A DNA stretch of 63,160 nt, filler included, from Olpidium bornovanus S191 (taxonomy: Eukaryota; Fungi; Olpidiomycota), in the NCBI GenBank assembly GCA_017911155.1. It is 31 parts of 31 records of this genome, joined end to end, with 100 filler letters (N's around TTAATTAATTAA, not from the genome) between each part and the next. Parts side by side here need not be neighbours in the genome. Positions count along the whole stretch, not along the records: positions 59,594 to 61,756 come from JAEFCI010012853.1; positions 61,857 to 63,160 come from JAEFCI010005550.1; 29 more parts are not named here. One strand, 5' to 3'. This document shows, one piece after another, positions 59,713 through 63,160 of this stretch; position 1 is the first letter of the stretch; the number at the start of each line of letters is the position of its first letter. The notes beneath the pieces were generated by a model that was given only the letters and a program-made list of their open reading frames with translations, had not been told where the DNA came from and made no database searches. Position numbers and translations under genes: made by a program.

Positions 59713-60453
59713 CAGAACGGGCCCCTCCCCTCCTCCCCTTCCATCCCTCCCTCCCCCCTTTCTCCCGCCCTTCAAGCTGAAGGAGCGAGAGGGCCGCAAA
59801 AGAACCCCTCCCCACGGCCGCCACATGTGAAAAAAAAAAAAAAAAAAAAAAAAGCGGAACCGAAGGTGCGTTGGGCGGGCGGCAGCCCCTCTCCGCCGCG
59901 CGTCGTTTCGGGCGTGTGTTCGGGGACGGAGACCCGCAGGAAACGTCCGCTGGACCAAAGTGGTATAGCGAAAGAAAGGGCGGAAAAAAAGAAACGCGTC
60001 CGATTCCGACCGCCAGTGCCTGGATCATAGCGGCTCGACGCGTACCTCCGTTCCAGCTCGTACCAGCTCCAGCGGCGGGTCGGCTCTGATCCCGCCGCCC
60101 GGGTTGCCATTATCAAAACTCGCGGCCGCGATGACCAACAGATGTGTTTCGTCGGGCACTCCGCTTTCGCGAACAGTCCCCCATCCTTTATACCCCCGCA
60201 AAACGCGGAATCGTATCCTCCTCGTATACCCCCCGCACAAGATACCAAGAAAACGCGGAAGTATGCTAGCTGTCTGTCTAAAAGCTACCTTTGCGCTGTT
60301 CTGTTCTGACGTTTCCTCTTCCGTTTTCCGTATTTGTGACAGTTTTGACTATCATGCCCAACGCTATCACGGACCAAACACAATCACTGAATGCCTGGCT
60401 TCACCGTATACCCCTACACCGACGTAACCCATACCTAAACTGCGATTTTACCG

Positions 60454-61698
60454 ATGGAGGCAAGTACGATCAAGTGCAACTGTGGAACGGGCATCGCGAA
60501 GATCGAAATGACGTATTTGATGGCGGAACGTCTTCCTTCTGAAAACGACCTGCATCGGCCAGTTCTCGTCGCGCAGGTGATACATCATTATTCCAAGACG
60601 CTGGTCAGCGCGGTAGACATACAGCGGTTAGAAAACAACGTTGAAATGTGGTGGGACAAGCGTCTGAATTGGATAGAGCTCGGTATGCATGAAAAGTTCG
60701 CTTTCTCGCAGCCACCCTTGGTGTACTTTTCACGAGCTCACCGGCGCGCCAACTTTTGTAGACCCCGTGTTTGCTGCACTCAACATACAAGTACACGAGA
60801 ACTGCTTGCAAGGTATTATGCTAAAGCGGCCCGGTTATGTCGAACAGTTGTTGACAGTTTTGAGGACGCAGGTAAGGATTTGATTAGCTGCGGAAATTCT
60901 CGGTTTCAACTCTGCAGTTGACTTGATTTATTGTCGAAATAGCTGGACAAATACGTCCTGAACGTTCCGCTGCGGCAGCCTCGGGAGATCTGGCCTCCAG
61001 AAACGTCCGCAATGGTGCGGGCAATCTCACCGACGTCGCCATGCCCCTCATCTCCCACCACTGCAAACCGATTCATTGGTGATACCCCCGTGTTACGGTT
61101 GTCGAACGTCGATTATCACACCCAAAAGGCGCACGTGATCGCATTTTTTCGTCCATGGGGCGGTCCAACCGACCTTAGCAGGATATACGTGCCTATATCC
61201 CTGGATACGGGGAAAATGATATACGAGGTCTACGTTGTTTTTGACAGCACGAAGAGCGCCGCGACGGCAATGCATCTACTACTAGCCGCCAGCGCTGCTG
61301 TCACGGGCGGCCCTCCCCAGTTGCTGAACCGAAGGATCGACCTGTGTCTCGTCAGTCATGACGAACTGTACGTCGCCTTCTTCGGCCGAACGCATCGCCA
61401 AATTGACGAAACCACCGAGTTCCTTACTGAGCCGAACAAGGAAAAAATGCTGAAGCTTTGCCGAAGCTACAAGGTGCATTTTCTTGCAGGGGCGCCTTCC
61501 GTCGCAACCGTGCAGCGAGAGATGCACTGCTGTTTAACGTTGTCTTTTACTCGCAAACGGCAGAATTGGTTTAATTCCCACACCCCTTCAAGGCCGTTCG
61601 AGTTCATTATCTCGTTTATTGAGCTCTTGCCGTGGCATGAACCGTGCTTCGCAAAAGAGCAGCGAAATCGCTCTTTCGAGCTGTTACGTTGTGGGTGA
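60454..61698 (+). CDS. Fungal RRM (quasi-RRM-like) protein, multi-exon, partial; 5' exons uncertain
   Basis: PVLRLSNVDYHTQKAHVIAFF...IYVPISLDTGKMIYEVYVVF...LLNRRIDLCLVSHDELYVAFF followed by RPFEFIISFIELLPWH...QRNRSFELL, resembling a recalled fungal family (TGKT..xyVEF; RPyEnIISiLxKfPW). Confidence 0.55.
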
Positions 61699-61870
61699 GA
61701 TTCGCACATACACGGCTTTCCTTAGGTGCCGACACATCACATAGCGCGTTGACCAANNNNNNNNNNNNNNNNNNNNNNNNNNNNNNNNNNNNNNNNNNNN
61801 TTAATTAATTAANNNNNNNNNNNNNNNNNNNNNNNNNNNNNNNNNNNNNNNNNNNNCCCCCCCCCACAAC

Positions 61871-61927
<57 letters not shown>

Positions 61928-63027
61928 AAAAAAAAATAACGGCTTGCACTGCGTGAGGGGCGAAATGGGTACCGAATTGACATCGCCGAGACGATCAAGG
62001 ACACACGGATAACAATTATTTTTCGGCGACCCCCCACCCCGCTTAGATCTGGGATTGCGGTCGCGCCCTCTCCCTCAAGGGTGTCTACACCACCGGATAT
62101 ATCGTCATGGCGGCGTCTACTCTCACCGCCGGCGCGCTGGCATTCATGTAAAACGAAGGGGGAGGGACAACAAAAAAACAAGCCACCTGCTGGCGAATTT
62201 TCTCTTTTCCCGCTCGCGGGTATAATCGTAAATAAAAAGAGGGGGAGGGGGGGGGGGTTTGTTTTGACAGGGGCACGTGTCCCTGAACGACCTCGCACGG
62301 GGAAGGCGGGGAGGGTGAAAACCGGAATCTTTGCTCCCGACGGTCGAGCGTTCTCGTTTCGCGCGCTGCCAAAAAAAAAAACTAATGATAAAGAAGAAAA
62401 TAGGCGGCGGTGGTGGGGGGAGGGTTGGTCGGATTACGGCGCTTGGGGGGGGGGCACGTTGGACAATTTACCGCGGATCAGGACGAGGGGATTCGCTTTC
62501 TAGACGAGGAGGAGCGGGCGCTCGTGGGCGTGGTTTACTTCGAAAGAAGGGCGCGGGGCTTTCAACTGAGATTCTGCACCGAAAACGTTGAACTGCGAAA
62601 GCCGGATCGCACACGACGGGGAGTCAGGAGGAGGGGTGGGTGGGTGGAAGGGCGGGGGGGGGGGGGCAAGGACAGCCGGAAACGGGGCCGGCCGGAAGGT
62701 CACCCGGTAACCGGTAGCGGGGGTGGCCTTTTTTGGCTTTTTTTTTTTAGTTTTGTTTCGTTTTTTTGCACCTGCGGGGGGACGTTCCCGGGCCCGGCCG
62801 GCTTGGCTCGGATAACTCCGGCGAGCCTTTTCCGGGGTTTTAAGAACAAGAAAGGTTCCGCGGCCACACCAACCCCCCAAACCTCCCCCCCGCCCCCGCC
62901 GTGCTCACTTTCGCCTCCCCGGCAGCGGCGGCGGGCGGCGGCCCGAGCCGCGGCGACGGGCCGAGCTTACCGGCGCCTCCTCCCCCCCCCGGCGCCACCT
63001 TCCCACAGGCAAAAAGCGCGAACCGCG

Positions 63028-63063
<36 letters not shown>

Positions 63064-63160
63064 CACCCCCCCGGTTGCTTGGCAGCAGCCAGCCAGCCAG
63101 CCAGCCAGCAGAGGAGGCGGGAGGCGGGGGACCGTCTGGCGCGGGCGGGGCAGAGAGAGG

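Larger units (their letters stand above)
1386..61856. other. 30 artificial contig-joining spacers (N44 + TTAATTAATTAA + N44), first at 1386-1485, last at 61757-61856
   Basis: Identical 100-nt blocks start at 1386, 2486, 4718, 7247, 9397, 10844, 15501, 16929, 20555, 22784, 24151, 25512, 26643, 28573, 29676, 31751, 35641, 38053, 39802, 41451, 43492, 45462, 48333, 49581, 51154, 52450, 56910, 58206, 59494 and 61757. The 12-mer has stops in all six frames and genes break off at the spacers. The smallest contig is exactly 1000 bp (1486-2485), consistent with a size cutoff. Confidence 0.98.

Noticed and set aside
1430-61812. Regularly recurring TTAATTAATTAA as a biological repeat, CRISPR repeat or PacI-site array
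   Set aside because: It is always embedded in N44 flanks, is invariant, and interrupts genes, so it is an artificial six-frame-stop linker.
61857-63160. Coding genes in the last contig
   Set aside because: Only short, low-complexity ORFs, homopolymers and a (GCCA)n tract are present; it is probably intron, promoter or UTR sequence.

Overview
This window is not contiguous DNA. It is 31 short contigs (1000-4557 bp) joined by 30 identical artificial 100-nt spacers (N44-TTAATTAATTAA-N44, stops in all six frames), so no linkage can be inferred across a spacer. The contigs come from a GC-rich, intron-rich eukaryote with fungal-type genes. Recognisable genes or fragments are RPL15, BST1/PGAP1, NOC2, PAN6, a PRE10/PSMA3 exon, an SRA-YDG gene, an HMT1/ABCB6 transporter, MAM33, a START protein, an SLC35F/EamA fragment, calnexin, the FOL1 DHPS domain, LSB6/PI4KII, RNASEK/V-ATPase f, WHI3/SCW1, a P450, an FtsX-like permease, HSV2/WIPI3, NOT1, KIN28/CDK7, an At4g15545/NAIP-like protein and an RRM protein. 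There are also decayed copia and gypsy relics. The gene mix and the extreme poly-C/G and poly-A/T tracts suggest an early-diverging, possibly zoosporic fungus; an Olpidium-like root parasite is my best guess, by inference only. All family calls are from motif recall and manual GT-AG splicing; no database search was run. Most long entries in the ORF track are homopolymer or antisense artefacts. Best leads: (1) a copia gag closely co-linear with the plant Bianca lineage, cut by nested insertions; (2) a proteasome alpha-7 exon that splices in frame into a crippled SRA/YDG gene; (3) a gene grown by triplicating a 72-nt exon plus 72-nt intron, followed by a 33-nt coding minisatellite; (4) plant/protist-type families (NAIP-like, FtsX-like); (5) contig ends strongly enriched for CATG, which is probably technical.
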